64,000 nt of DNA from Eledone cirrhosa. Lineage: Eukaryota. Below, in pieces: positions 37,195 to 50,470 of this stretch. Positions within the stretch are counted from its first letter, which is position 1; each line of letters starts with the position of its first letter. The translations under genes were made by a program, and so were the position numbers. Location of the stretch: positions 301,630,001 through 301,694,000 of the forward strand of contig OZ024741.1 of assembly GCA_964016885.1 (NCBI GenBank). The letters run 5' to 3'. A model generated the notes under the pieces. That model was not told the DNA's origin. It saw only the letters and a list, made by a program, of their open reading frames with translations, and searched no databases.

Positions 37195-38995
37195 TTACCT
37201 CTTCGTCTCCTGGGGACCAGGCTGCACAATTTCCATGGGGGTGTTGGAAGGGTTGTTTGGTGGGGTGGTGGTTTGTGGTGGGGTGAGGACATCAGTGTGT
37301 GGTGGGATTAGGGTGTTTGGTGGGGTGTGGGTGTCTGGTGTGGGGTGGGGAAACATCTCAATAGGACGTGGTTAAGTGGTTTGGTGCAGTTGGTCCCCAC
37401 ATGCATTGGATGGTTCTTTTTCAAAGTTACATAGGTTTCCGTTGGGACCCTAATCATCATTAGGTGCGGTTTGTTCGCTGCGTAGGTGAAAGTGATCCCT
37501 TCGGTTTCCACCGAAGGTTTATTTTCTATCGCTTTCATCAACGTTTTATTGTTCTTGTTAATGTATGTATAGAGTTTTTGTTGTGTTGTGTTTGTTTTTG
37601 TTTGTTGTTCTTGTGCGTGTTTGCGTTTTGTAGTATGTGTTATGTTTTGGGGAAGGGTGGGTTTTTTGGTTTGTGATGTTTGTTCTGTTTGTGCTGGTGG
37701 TTGTGTGTTTGTAGCATTTTTGTTAATGTGGTGCCCTTTTTTTTCCTTTTCACCTGTTGAAAGGTTTCTCCCTCGTCGTCACTGGGTGACGTTGATACGG
37801 AGTCCTCTTCCGTGTTGTTGGGGAGGGGTATATTTTGCGGTTTTGTAGTGGTTGCTTTTGTATTTGTTTTAGGTGGGGAGGGGTTGGATGGAACAGTGTT
37901 TTGCGTTGTTATTTTTCCGTGTTGTTGTGGTTGTTGTTGTTGTGGTGGTGGTGGTGGTAGTGGTGGTGGTGGTGGTTGTGTTGTTGTGTTCGGGGTTGGC
38001 AGAAGAGCCTTTTTTTTTACTCGTTAATTGAGGACAGGCAGCCCTCAGGTGACCCCTGCTTAAGCAGTGGTAACACGACAGCCGCCTTCCCTCCACTGAA
38101 ATGTTTATATAAGTTAGCCCGTCCAGAGGTACGCGTTGTGGGATATTCGCTATTCGTTCTGGGCTCATTTGCACCAGAACTTCTACGCTGGTCCCACCAA
38201 ATACACCTCCGGAGGACTTTCCTATTGAAATTATCCTGTCTTCATCAAAGTCAATGATTCCACATAGTATCCACCAAATATTTACATTTGGTGTGATACT
38301 CATGATTTTTATTCTTTGTGTCCTTTTTCCCCTGTATGTGGGGAAAAAGATGAAGCGGGGGGACACAATGGGTGATACCGAGTATTTTTGTGCTGTTGAT
38401 GGTTATTCATTAGCACCGAAATGCTACCAAACAGTTTTCCTTTTTGTATGAAGGTTATGTCCTTCATTGCATCTTTTAGAACCACATCAATTTCATTTTG
38501 TGATAATTGAGCTGGTTTTCTTGTTTCGTTCGATATTGTCCTGAAAACCACAGTTTTCAGGACAGCCTCTCTACGTAATTCCTGTGGAGAATTGATGCTA
38601 AAAGCACCGTTTTCGCCAAAAGTCACGAATTGTTTTGCGTCTTGTAATAGTTGTTTAGCATTTGTTATGTCTATTTTTTTTACAGTCTGTGTGAATGTTG
38701 TTTTGGTGTTGTTGTATTTTTTGTTGCTGCTGTTGTTGTCACTGTTGGTAATATTGTTCATATTTTCCTTGGTGTTGCTATTGTTGCAGTTGTTGGTTGT
38801 GGTGTTATTGTCATTGTTCTTGTTGTTGGTGCTGGTATTATTTACAGGGTTTGGTTTCGTGGTTTCAATATTTTCAACGTTTTTCGATAATGCGAGGGGG
38901 GAAGGCTGCAAGCTTTGTACTCCTACCTTCCCTCCACCACTTTTCTTAGTGGGCGTGGTACTCACGACAGTGTGCGAGGTGGAAATGGCATCCAT
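37195..38995 (-). pseudogene. Tx1 ORF1 (gag-like, CCHC zinc knuckle), frameshifted
   Basis: ORFs 38309-38995, 37869-38366 (CYHCLSRGHLRAAC) and 37308-37541; probable end ...PMEIVQPGPQETKR* at 37195. Confidence 0.8.
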
Positions 38996-39553
38996 TGCTG
39001 ACTACCAAGTCTACACAGTTTTGAGATGAAAATGAAAATTTCGCCCCAGAAAGGGGCGAAAATTAGTTGACTCAACGTCTGACGGCTCAGGCAAGGGGTT
39101 AAACTAAACAATGCTATTAAATTGAGCAATGAACTCACAGGTTTTTTGACAATAATCCTTAAAAGTCCGGAGCGAAGTAATTCACGTCTATATCAAGTGG
39201 TAATTGATATAGAGAGGGTGATAATGAAAGAGTGCCGTGTGACTGATATAGAGAGGGGGAGAGTTTAGTGGTAGTAGATATAGGGAGGGGGAGAATTTAG
39301 TGGTAGTAGATATAGAGAGTTTAGTGATTATGAATATAGAGAGTGAGATAATGAGAGTGCCGTGTGGGAGTTCCAATCTTTTATATTATATGTAGATATA
39401 GATATACATAATTATATATATACATAATTATATATAGACAATTATATATAGACAAGTATATATAGACATATAGATATAGGTATAGGTAATTATATATAAA
39501 TGTGTTTGTATGTGTGTTTATGCGTGTGTGTATGTACGTGCACATATGTGTGT

Positions 39554-39646
<93 letters not shown>

Positions 39647-40104
39647 TGTGTGTGTGCGCGTGTGTGTTTGTGTGTAAACCAGCGTTCGAATCGGAGGCGC
39701 TGGCCGCGAAATAGCAGCCAGACTGGTTAGCATACTAAGGATGTTTTTCTTCTTTGATGTTATGAAATTAGTATCAATAAAATGTCCTGGATATACCCTT
39801 ATTTTATTGCTGTACTTACTTTTCTATTGTCACTTTTTATTTTTGTGTGATGCGCGAAGGAACCAACCAACAAACACCTCCTTGTTATATTATGCATAGA
39901 TAACCTCATGTTGCCTATTTCTTATTTATATTATCATGCATGCCAGACGAACACAAAATAAGATATTTATGGTCCTCTGGTAACGTTGATTTTATATCTT
40001 AAAATTATACATCCAGAGAATGCTATACTATATATTAATGTAAAGCTGTACAAATTTGAACAATCTCCATGCTGTGTTCCTGCGCTCCTAGTGAGTCTTG
40101 ATTT

Positions 40105-40512
40105 CTAATTGAGGCACACGGCCAACAATTTTGGGGCAAAGTCTATTATATCTACCCCAGTACATAATTGGTGTGGTAAGAGTGTTGGGCTTACGATCAT
40201 AATGTCCTGAGTTCGATTCATAGACTGGGTTGTATGCTGTGCTCTTGATCAAAACACTTCATTTGATATTACTCCATTGCACTCAGCTAAAAATGAGTAC
40301 CAGCAAAAGCTGGAGGTTTAACTCTGCGATGGACTGACGTCCTGTCCAGGAGGAGTCTTGTACTCTCAGTCGCTTCACGCCACGAAACCGAGATAAGCAC
40401 TGGCCTCACGAGCCTCCTGGCCTGTGACAGACTTTAGATTTGACTTTAGGCTACATAATTTTATCGATCACAGATGGATGAAAGACAAAGATGACCCCGT
40501 GGAGATTGAACT
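40105..40512 (-). mobile_element. SINE family 1 copy split by a family 2 SINE
   Basis: Halves at 40105-40169 and 40452-40512. Confidence 0.7.
40170..40451 (+). mobile_element. tRNA-derived SINE family 2 (CORE/Meta-domain-like) with TSD TACATAATT
   Basis: Box B GAGTTCGATTC; GCGATGGACTG.CGTCCTGTCCAGG; GTCGCTTCACGCCACGAAACCG; TSD at 40161-40169 and 40452-40460; homologue at 55152-55430. Confidence 0.85.
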
Positions 40513-40584
40513 CTGAAGGTAAACCATTCTGTCTATTCATCGCAATAGTAAATATTAGAACTGCGATATGCTTCTTATGCTGTG

Positions 40585-40730
40585 AATTTGCAGAGTCGTT
40601 AGGACGTCAGATAGAATATCTTGCGTTATTTAGTCTGACTTTCTACGCTCTTATTTCAAATCTCGCCGAGGTCAACTTTGCCTTTCATACTTTCTATGTA
40701 GATTATGTATCAGTCCAGTACTGAAGTCGA
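40585..40730 (+). mobile_element. Diverged SINE family 1 copy
   Basis: GAATTTGCAGAGTCGTTAG...TTCAAATCTCGCCGAGGTCAACTTTGCCTTTCAT. Confidence 0.8.
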
Positions 40731-40799
40731 ATTGCACTCTATATCTCTCCCTCACTTCTTATCTCTCTCATTTCATTGTGTTATTTTATATCAAGTCGC

Positions 40800-41320
40800 T
40801 CTTCAGCGCTGCTGGTAACATGTAACCCAGTACAACCTGTGCATGCTCGGGTTGTCGGTGACTAAACCCCACAAAGCTTGCTTGGTGGGGATGGTGATTT
40901 TGGACATCCTGCGGGATGAAAAACAAAACTCCTCAAAGGGCGGAGGAACTCCAATAAAGTTTTTTTTTTAAGTTTTTTAAGGTTTTTTGTGGAGAGAGAG
41001 ACTCCTAGTCTTCATTAAGACATCTCTCTAGGAGAAGGTCACTCTAATATAAAACCTGCGAGTTCGTTTTCATCCAGTGATGTAGATGAGTTCTTCTTTT
41101 TGGGTAAATGCGTTCGATGTTCAGAGAGTGGGATGGCTCCGTGCAAAGCCTTTCCTCATTTATAAAAGCTTTAAGCACAGGCATCGCTTCATATCTGACA
41201 TTTGCATGATGCATGATATTGCTGACCATAGGCAAGTCCCTATCAGGACTAAAAAGCCACATCCGTGGTGCTCATGCTTAAGTGTCAAGCGATGGCATTA
41301 CTCGAAATTGCAGCTGCCAA
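40800..41320 (+). mobile_element. RTE-derived short internally deleted element (family A)
   Basis: 5'UTR-like part joined to GKSLSGLKSHIRGAHA* (compare RTE end RSLAGLKSHIRSQRC*) and an RTE-like tail GATGGCATTACTCGAAAT. Confidence 0.75.
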
Positions 41321-41693
41321 ATATTTATATAATGTAAATCAATACAACGAAAATCCTCTGCATATATATCTTCGAATTCGCAAGACGTAAAATCGTATGA
41401 ATTTACCTGATGGAACAAGAATAACCTATCAAAGATTATTACGACATATGTTTTAAAATATGTTTACTTCACTTTCTTTCCTTTTACTTATATCACTGGT
41501 ATATTTTCTTATGAATGTATAAGCGTTTTGATGCATTAATAATATAGATTTCATAACTAGTAATGTGTTAACCATATATGATCTATATTTCCGTGTATAG
41601 TTTATATCATAAAACATATAAGCCACACTCTCTGCAGTAAAATATTGACAAAAGATTGCTATCTTATTTGAAGTATTAGTCTATAACGGAAGG

Positions 41694-41857
<164 letters not shown>

Positions 41858-42510
41858 TGTGGGTGTATGCTGACCTACGAATTCATCAATTCTTAGATTT
41901 GATAAGTCAATAGAGATGGAAACAAATACTATAGCCTATCATTATGTTCGTATGTATTCATGTATATATGAGTGTGTGTTGGGACGGGTGTATATGAGAG
42001 TGTGTGTCGAGCAATTACATTGTTGTGGCATAATTGTGGTGCACTGGGGTAATCACTGGCCTTGTGCCAAAAGTAGAAACTATATTATATTATATTATAT
42101 TATATTATATTTTATTTTATTATATTATATTATATTATTTATTTATGTTCATACATGAAAAAGCTCTACCAAAGGTTTCAAGGCTCAATATTGACCATAT
42201 CTCCAGAATGTAAGAGGGATCAAAATTGTGACCTAATCTTCAGGGGCTTATATGAGCTTTAAAGCAATGCGTGCTAAAACGCTAGTTTGTGAAACACGTA
42301 TTATAACAAATGGAAATAACTCCAAGATGTAAAATTGAAATAGCGAAATCGTACAAGTATTATTATTCGCGGGCTATAGTAGATAGTATTATATTGTGGT
42401 GTAAGGCCACAATTTTGATACTTCTTACATTCTGTACATATGGTCAATATTGGGCCTTGAAACCTTAGGTAGCGCTTTTGTTCGGTGTATGAACATAAAT
42501 AAATTATATA

Positions 42511-42833
<323 letters not shown>

Positions 42834-43101
42834 TTATATATATATATATAATATATAAAATGCTAGAAGATATATCAGAAATATACGTGTCACGTGATCA
42901 ACTGCTTCTGAAACAATCTAACTATATTCAAAATGTCCACTAGTACAATTTGACAAGCGTAAATGCATCTAACAAGGAGTAAACTATGGCCAAACAAGTT
43001 TCAAATGGGTAGAGAAAAATAAAGTTTGTTGATGAACAAGACAATCGTAATTCTTAATATCCTACACATGCATTCGCAGACACACATCTCTCTCTCTCTC
43101 C

Positions 43102-43177
<76 letters not shown>

Positions 43178-43649
43178 GAATGAAGAATTAGAAATAGAAG
43201 TTAGGAATATCCGTCATCAGTTGTCTACTAGCCATCATAGGTATTTCTTCGCATTACAGACAATATACCTCCAGTTAGGGCGATACAATAACTAAAATAA
43301 GTTATTGGGATAAAAAGAGTTGGGTGGAGAAAGAGAGACAGGTAAACAGACACGAATGGTGAGGCAACGTAAAGAGGGGAAAAAATGAAAGAATCAAGTC
43401 AATAATTCATTTCGAACATAAGAACGGGCGAGTTTTGACGAGCAGATAAAGACACATCTTAGTCGTACTGATTTGAGCTAGGAAAAGGATCTCGTACGGT
43501 GTGGGACGATGGAGGAAGTGAGATAGAGGGTGAGTAGCAGAGAGTGAGTGAAAGTAAGAGGGAGAAGGAGAGAGAAGGGGGAGAGAGAAAGAGGGTAGCA
43601 GTAAGGGAAGAGAAAAAAGACAGGTCACAGCGAAGGGATAAATATATAT

Positions 43650-43945
43650 ATAATATAACAAAGAAAGTGTGGTAAAAAACCAGGTGGACCATAACACATC
43701 AGAGTACTCGATACTTAGGGTAGTAGAGTCGGAAATAGATCCGAACGGATCTAGTTGTCGAAACGGCCGGAACTCTATATATATATAATATATTGAAAAA
43801 GAGTCAGGACCAGACGGCTGAGATCCGGGCGTTTGGAGAGCTCGATCCTTTCGGATCTATTACCCACTCTACTACCCTAAGTATCGAGTACTCTGGTGCG
43901 TTATGGTCCACCTGATTTCTTACCACACTTTCTTTGTTATATTAT
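43650..43945. mobile_element. Family C pLTR double inversion
   Basis: Minus tail 43655-43736, plus hammerhead half 43737-43775, TA spacer, minus hammerhead half 43800-43857, plus tail 43858-43940. Confidence 0.75.
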
Positions 43946-43974
43946 ATATATTTATATATATATATATATATATA

Positions 43975-46130
43975 TGTATATTTTACCTAGGAATAAGGAC
44001 TTTCTAAAACAACTCATAGAAAAATCGGACTCATTTATAAGAAGACTCAGATGGCGTGCTTTTTATTTTGATAAATCTGATGCGAAAGAAAATATTTCCA
44101 ATCTTGATAGAATCTTCAAATCCAAAAAGAATCCACCTTCCAACAAACTATCAACGGAATTTGAAAATTAAATTATCTCTATCATACAAAGCATTAAATT
44201 TAAGAAAAACAACTTCGTAGGCCAAGATTACCTAAAAAGTTTCAAAAATAATATAGAAAGCTTTGAAAAAAAACGAAAAAAATTCTAGTTAAATCGGATA
44301 AAACCAACAATCTTTATGGAATGCAAAAGGATAATTACAATGATCTTATATTGAAGGAATTAAGGAAGAATTACAAAAGAGCAACCAGTGATGACCTTGA
44401 AAAACTAAATACGGAAGCTTCTTATACAATGCAGGAATTAGGCATCGCAAATAGGATCAACCCTTCATACCTAGGAAACCAAAAATTAATTTGAAGGACC
44501 ATAAAAGAAATTTTGAAATTGAATAACCAGTTAGATTGATTGCACCATCTAAATCGGACATTGGTATACTTAGCAAGAATATTTTAGATAGGATCATACA
44601 ACAAATTAAGGAATTATCTTATTTAAAATTATGGAAAGGGACTAACGAATTATCGACTGGTTTAAGGACATTAAATATAAGTATAACAATAAATTTATTC
44701 AATTCGATATTGCTAATTATTACTCATCTATCACTCCTAATCTACTTAATAAAGCCCTTACATATGCATTTAAATATACAGATTTAACTAGTAATGAAAT
44801 GCACATTATCTTAACTGCACGTAAAACATTAATTAAATTTAACAACCACCTCTGGACTAGAGCAGACAGAGATAATAATGTTGATATTACTATGGGATCA
44901 TCTGACTCGGCACAAATAACTGATCTTGTGGGGCTTTTTATTAACAATACTTTACATGGGAAAATACCGGAGATGACCGGTGGTTTATATCGTGACGATA
45001 TGCTATTACTTATAGAAAATAATAATAATTGTGAAATAAATAGGAAAAGAAAAGAAATTATACAATTTTTTAATTGCCTTAATCTTAAAGTAGAAGTAGA
45101 GAATAATTATAAAAAACCTTAACACTGGTCTTATCCATTTCATAAAATAAATGAGAATCTAAACTATATTAACTTTAATTCCAATCCCCACAGATCCGTT
45201 AAAAACACTATTGTAAATTCTGTGCAGCAACGTATTTTTAGAATTTCAGCTAATGAAAATATATTTGAAAATAAGACACAATATTATAACGAAGCGTTAG
45301 GTAGAGCAGGCTATAGTAATACAATTAAATACATTGATAATAAGGATGTGCCAACTAACCATAACTATAAATATTATAATAGAAAACCTTACACTAACTC
45401 GAAAACCAAAAGAAGAAATAGAACTAAAAATATATTATGGTTCGCTCCCCCTTTCTCATTAAGTATTAAAACTCCTATTGCGAAATTATTCTTTAAAGCT
45501 CTAGATAAATGCTTTCCTAGAACACACAGGTATTACTCAATATTTAATAGGCATACTATTAAACTATCATATTCCACCACTATGAATTTAGCGCAGAATA
45601 TTAATAGAATTAATAATAGAAACTTAAAACCTAACCAGAATACCATTAATACCCCTAGCAATATCCAATATAATGTTACGGCTCCCAGTAATTTAAATTT
45701 AGATAAATGTAATTGTAGAAATAAATCTAACTGTCCTCTAAATAATAATTGCTTAGTTAAAAATATAGTATACAATTGTAATGTAAAAACAAATGTAAAC
45801 TCCTTTAATTATGTAGGCTCTACCTCCACAGACTTTAAGTCCCGTTTTAATAACCAGAAATGTTCTTTTACGAATATCGGTAAAAAAAATCTTCAATTTC
45901 TATTTAACTTACTATGGGACCTGAAATCAAAGAACATTAACTATTCTTTACTTTGGAATATTATCTCCAAAGCTCCTTCATACACTGATTTATCCAAAAA
46001 TTGCTCTCTTTGTATCGAAGAAATATTCTTTATACTAAAAAGTAAGAACTCTATTAATTTGAGGAATAATGTATTTAGTTCTTGGAAACATCGTTTAAAT
46101 TCAACTTTTAAATATATATATAAAATGTAA
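43975..46130 (+). pseudogene. PLE RT-GIY-YIG ORF, frameshifted
   Basis: ORF pieces 43896-44171, 44536-44787, 44799-45122 and 45222-46130. Confidence 0.9.
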
Positions 46131-46844
46131 TATACGACTTATCTCTTACATAATGTCTTCTATATCCATATATGATTCATATATTTATTTTCTATTATTA
46201 CACCTATCAATAGATTAATAAATTCCTTTATATGACTGCTTGAAACTCCTTTAAGGAAGTTTTTTCTTGAAAAACTCACTGAAGGGTTTATGAAAATCTT
46301 TTGAAAATTCCTTTGAAGGATATTGAAAAACTATATTTTTATATTTTTATATTTTTATATTTTTATATTTTTATATTTTTATATTCTTATATTTTAAAAG
46401 TTTTTAAGATATATATCCAAATGTTTATATATGGTTTTTTTGTATATATGTGAAGTAACCTATGGTTTATGCTTTAAATATATTCTTATGAAAAGTTTTT
46501 TAAATGTTCTAACTTTATAGCAAGTAAATTTATGACTTCGTATAAAATAACATAACGTTCTAATTACATTCTTAAGAAAGAAAATTGAACTTCTTAACTT
46601 TATAGCATTTAATCCTTAGAGTCATCTGAGTTCTTAAAAAATCACTTATAACTTCCTTTACGCTCCTTTACTGTTTTTATAATATAACTAAGTGGTTATT
46701 CTTTTGTAAACTCTCGAAAATTTTCCATAAATTTAGAATTATTTGGATATTTTAAATTTTGACTTACAACTTTTAATTAATAAAATAAACTATAATATAT
46801 ATTTTTAATAATTTATAAGCCTTAACATACACATTTAAACTAAT

Positions 46845-47018
46845 TATCGGTAGAGGGTCGGACGCCATGCTTGCCAGCATAGTTACGTCCCTTTACGATC
46901 TGAGTTCAAATCCCGCCGAGGTTGACTTTGCTTTTCATCCTTACGGGGTCGATAAAAATAAAGTACCAGTAATGCACTGGATAATTGCTGGCCTTGTGCC
47001 TAAAGTAGAAACAATTAT
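46845..47018 (+). mobile_element. SINE family 1 inserted in the PLE 3' UTR
   Basis: Near-identical to 19450-19620. Confidence 0.92.
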
Positions 47019-47515
47019 TAAATTAAATTAAACCTTTAATCAAATTTTTTTCAACCTATCATTATAAATATTATAATCAAAACATAACGAATCCTGCATT
47101 ATAAATATTATTCCTCCACGCTATCCTCATTTCCTCATATCTTCCACTTTCCTCTCACGTAAATATACTTACGCTGTATTTGTCCTTTGTAACTAATATT
47201 TCTCTCACTTAAAAATATAATTACGCTCTCCTCTCTTCACACTATTTTCACTGTCAAAAATATATAATCATTCCTTCTTTTTTCTTTCTTTCTTTCTTTT
47301 TTTTCTCTCTCCCTCACAATATCACCTTCTTCCAACAGTTTAATTTAAAAAAACCGTTACCTTTCCAACCTTTCGGACACTCATATGCATACTCAATCAT
47401 AACTTTCTATCACCCTCAATAAATGTAATATCTCAACTATCCAGGAAGCTCCAACCGTTAAGGTTGTCTTTTTTCAGGGTATGTCAATATTTAAATATAA
47501 AACTAATCTGTATTG

Positions 47516-47581
47516 TATTTTATCTGATGAAAGCGCACCATAATTTGTATTGGTGGCCCTTGAAATATATATAATAAAATA
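47516..47581 (+). ncRNA. Type-I hammerhead ribozyme in the Naiad pLTR
   Basis: TATTTTAT-CTGATGA-AAGCGCACCA..TGGTGGCCCTT-GAA-ATATATAT-A-ATAAAATA. Confidence 0.82.
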
Positions 47582-47623
47582 AATACGGTTTTATAAATAT
47601 AATTTCCATTTGTTAATATATTG

Positions 47624-47760
<137 letters not shown>

Positions 47761-47891
47761 TAGAAAGTGAGGTTTATTTTACAAAATGAAAAAAACGAAG
47801 TGTCCTACTCGAGTGAAATATAAGGAAAAATGATGAAATCGAAAATGCAACTGGAGTCTTTTTTTTATAAAAAATATATATTTATTTGGTT

Positions 47892-47929
47892 CCTTTACCG
47901 GTTTCGCAGTTCTTCTGCTTTTCAAAAGT
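47892..47929 (-). ncRNA. Minimal hammerhead motif, U3-A8 core (Neptune pLTR)
   Basis: Reverse complement of the motif at 60908-60945. Confidence 0.7.
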
Positions 47930-50470
47930 AGAATTGAGATGGATGGTTTGTGGTTTTTCTCACATCTGGTTGGTGTTTGAATGTTACTTCTGTTTTATAT
48001 TGAAAAAAGTGGCTCGAAATGCTAGGTTTTTAGAGATGTAATTTGGTTGGTTGGTGATAAGTATAATAAATTTCACGCCAGTTCGCGTTACAAAATTCTT
48101 ATTATATTTGCCTTCAAAAAAAGTGGGTGTGGGGCTCAGGTTGTTTTTTCATATATGAGTGAAGTTTGGTTGGTTGATGCAGTCACGTGAATAAGCACAT
48201 CAGTTTCGCGACAGTTTGTGTTCGAATTTCTTTTTAATTAAAAAAAGATGGCTCACGAAGGTTTTTGTTTTTTATAAATGTAATTTGATTGGTTATAAAT
48301 GAAATTATGACTGTCACGTGAACAAGTACATTAAAATTCGCGCCCGTATTTGGGAATTTGTTTTGTAGCCTTTTTGCGAATTTTGTGCCAAACAAAAGAT
48401 AATGGTCAAGAAAAACGGGATGGGGAGAATTGTTCTGGTTCAGTGAATATGGCTGGTGTGCTGGGGTGTCAAAATTCAGACTTTCTATTGAAATAAAGAA
48501 AGTAGAGATATGTATGTTTATTTGTGTGCTGGTGTGTGTGTGTGTGTGTAGGAAAATGATTCCGTTGGTAGAAATGGGGGAGGGAGTTATGTATGTGTGG
48601 GGTGTGTGATTAGCATGTTAAGCTGTTAGAGTATTAACGTATGTTAAGGTTTTTTATTTTCTAAAATAGAAGGTGTTTTTGTTATGTGTGTGTATATGTA
48701 TGTGTCTGTTTGGATGGTTAGCATGTTATGGTGTTGACATAATGTATATTATGTATATATAATGTATATATAATGTATATTTAATGCTGGTCTATATTTT
48801 TGAATAAACATATTTTCCTTATTTATTCGTATTTGTTCTGTTGTATTGTCAGCGCAAAGATAAATTGGGAAGACTTCGAATTTGGGTGTCTTATTACTTA
48901 AGCATATGTCTAGATGTGCACTTGGTGGTATCTGTCTTATTGTAGGATCTCGTAATTGTTGGCGATGAACTGTCATTCTGTTTCTGAGTGTGAGTTTAGT
49001 TTGTCCTATATAATCTTCATTGCATCCTTTACATTTAATGGCATAAAGTAGATTAATTGTGGAACCTGCACTCACCTCATTGAAAGCAACACGTATACAT
49101 TTCAATCAGGACAAAATGTTGCTGTAAAAAATCACTTCACTTGCTCATCAAAAAATCTAGTTTATACCATTAAATGTAAAGGATGCAATGAAGATTATAT
49201 AGGACAAACTAAACTCACACTCAGAAACAGAATGACAGTTCATTGCCAACAATTACGAGATCCTACCATAAGACAGATACCACTAAGTGCACATCTAGAC
49301 ATATGCGCAAGTAATAAGACACCCAAATTCCAAGTCTTCCCATTTTATCTTTGTGCTGACAATACAACAGAACAAATACGAATAAATAAGGAAAATATGT
49401 TTATTCAAAAATATAGACCAGCATTAGATATAGTTTAATATACATTATGTCAACACCATAACATGCTAACCATCCAAACAGACACATACATACACACATA
49501 ACAAAAACACCTTCTATTTTAGAAAATAAAAACCAGAACTAAATAAACCTTAACATACGTTAATACTCTAACAGCTTAACATGCTAACCACACACCCCAC
49601 CCCCATTTCTACTAACGGAATCATTTTCCTCTACACACACAAAATATATATATTCTCTCCATCTTAACATGCTAACCATACTCACACACACACACACCAG
49701 CACACAAATAAACATACATATCTCTACTTTCTTTATTTCAATAGAAAGTCTGAATTCTGACACCCCAGGCTACCAGCCATATTCACTGAACCAGAACAAT
49801 TCTCCCCATCCCATTTCTCTTGACCATTATATTTTGTTTGGCACAAAATTCGCAAAAGGCTACAAAACAAATTCCCAAATTCGTGCGCGAAATTTAATGT
49901 ACTTGTTCACGTGACAGTCATAATTTCATTTATAACCAATCAAATTACATTTCAGCACATCAGTCATGCTCAGAACAACTCTCTCCATCCCTTTTTCTTG
50001 ACCATTATCTTTTGTTTGGCACAAAATTCTCTAAATGGCTACAAAAAAAAATCCACCAAAATACGGGCGCGAAATTTAATGTACTTGTTCACGTGACAGT
50101 CATATTTTCATTTATAATCAATCAAATTACATTTATAAAAAAAAAAAAGCCTTCGTGAGCCACCTTTTTTTAAGTAAAAAGAAATTCAAACACAAACTGT
50201 CGCGAAAGCTGATGTGCTTATTCACGTGACTGCATCAAACTTCACTCATATATGAAAAAACAACCTGAGCCCCCTCCCCCTTTTTTTGAAAGCGAAAATA
50301 ATAAGAACTTTGTAACGCGAACTGGCGCGAAATTTATTATACTTATTCACTAACCAAATTACTTCTATAAAACCTAGCATTTCGAGCTACTTGTTTCCAT
50401 ATAAAACAGAAGTAACATACAAACACCAACCAGATGTGAGAAAAACCACAAACCATCCATCTCAATACTA

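Larger units (their letters stand above)
34011..39190 (-). mobile_element. Full-length L1-clade Tx1 LINE (ORF1 and ORF2), internally deleted
   Basis: 5' UTR, ORF1, APE (CVNARGL, ICESR, VGDWN), RT, CCHC; 3' UTR homologous to 24658-24894. Confidence 0.95.
33604..39402 (-). mobile_element. Non-autonomous Helitron with internal minisatellite, interrupted by the Tx1 LINE
   Basis: Minus strand 5' A|TCTATATCTACATATAATATAAAAG and 3' hairpin CCCGGGCGAAGCTGGG-TACATCAG-CTAG|T; the same GATATAGAGAGGG.GATAATGAAAGA.TGCCGTGT repeat occurs at 33835-34010 and 39195-39367. Confidence 0.75.
43975..47620 (+). mobile_element. Penelope-like element, Naiad type (RT, CxCx5Cx5C linker, GIY-YIG, long 3' UTR/pLTR)
   Basis: FIRRLRWRAFYF, LKDHK..RLIAPSKSDIG, DITMGSSDSAQITDLVG, GGLYRDD, WFAPPFS, CNCRNKSNCPLNNNC, NIVY..YVGST; hammerhead in the 3' end; microsatellite flanks. 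Confidence 0.9.

Noticed and set aside
34001-39210. Target-site duplication of the full-length Tx1
   Set aside because: Flanks are similar only as degenerate minisatellite units; no exact duplication
41640-41680. Short match to 52997-53035 (AATATTGAC.AAAGATTGCTATCTT)
   Set aside because: Probably an old repeat relic; too short to define
43180-43260. Minus-strand CTGATGA as a hammerhead
   Set aside because: No properly placed GAAA, stem III or stem I
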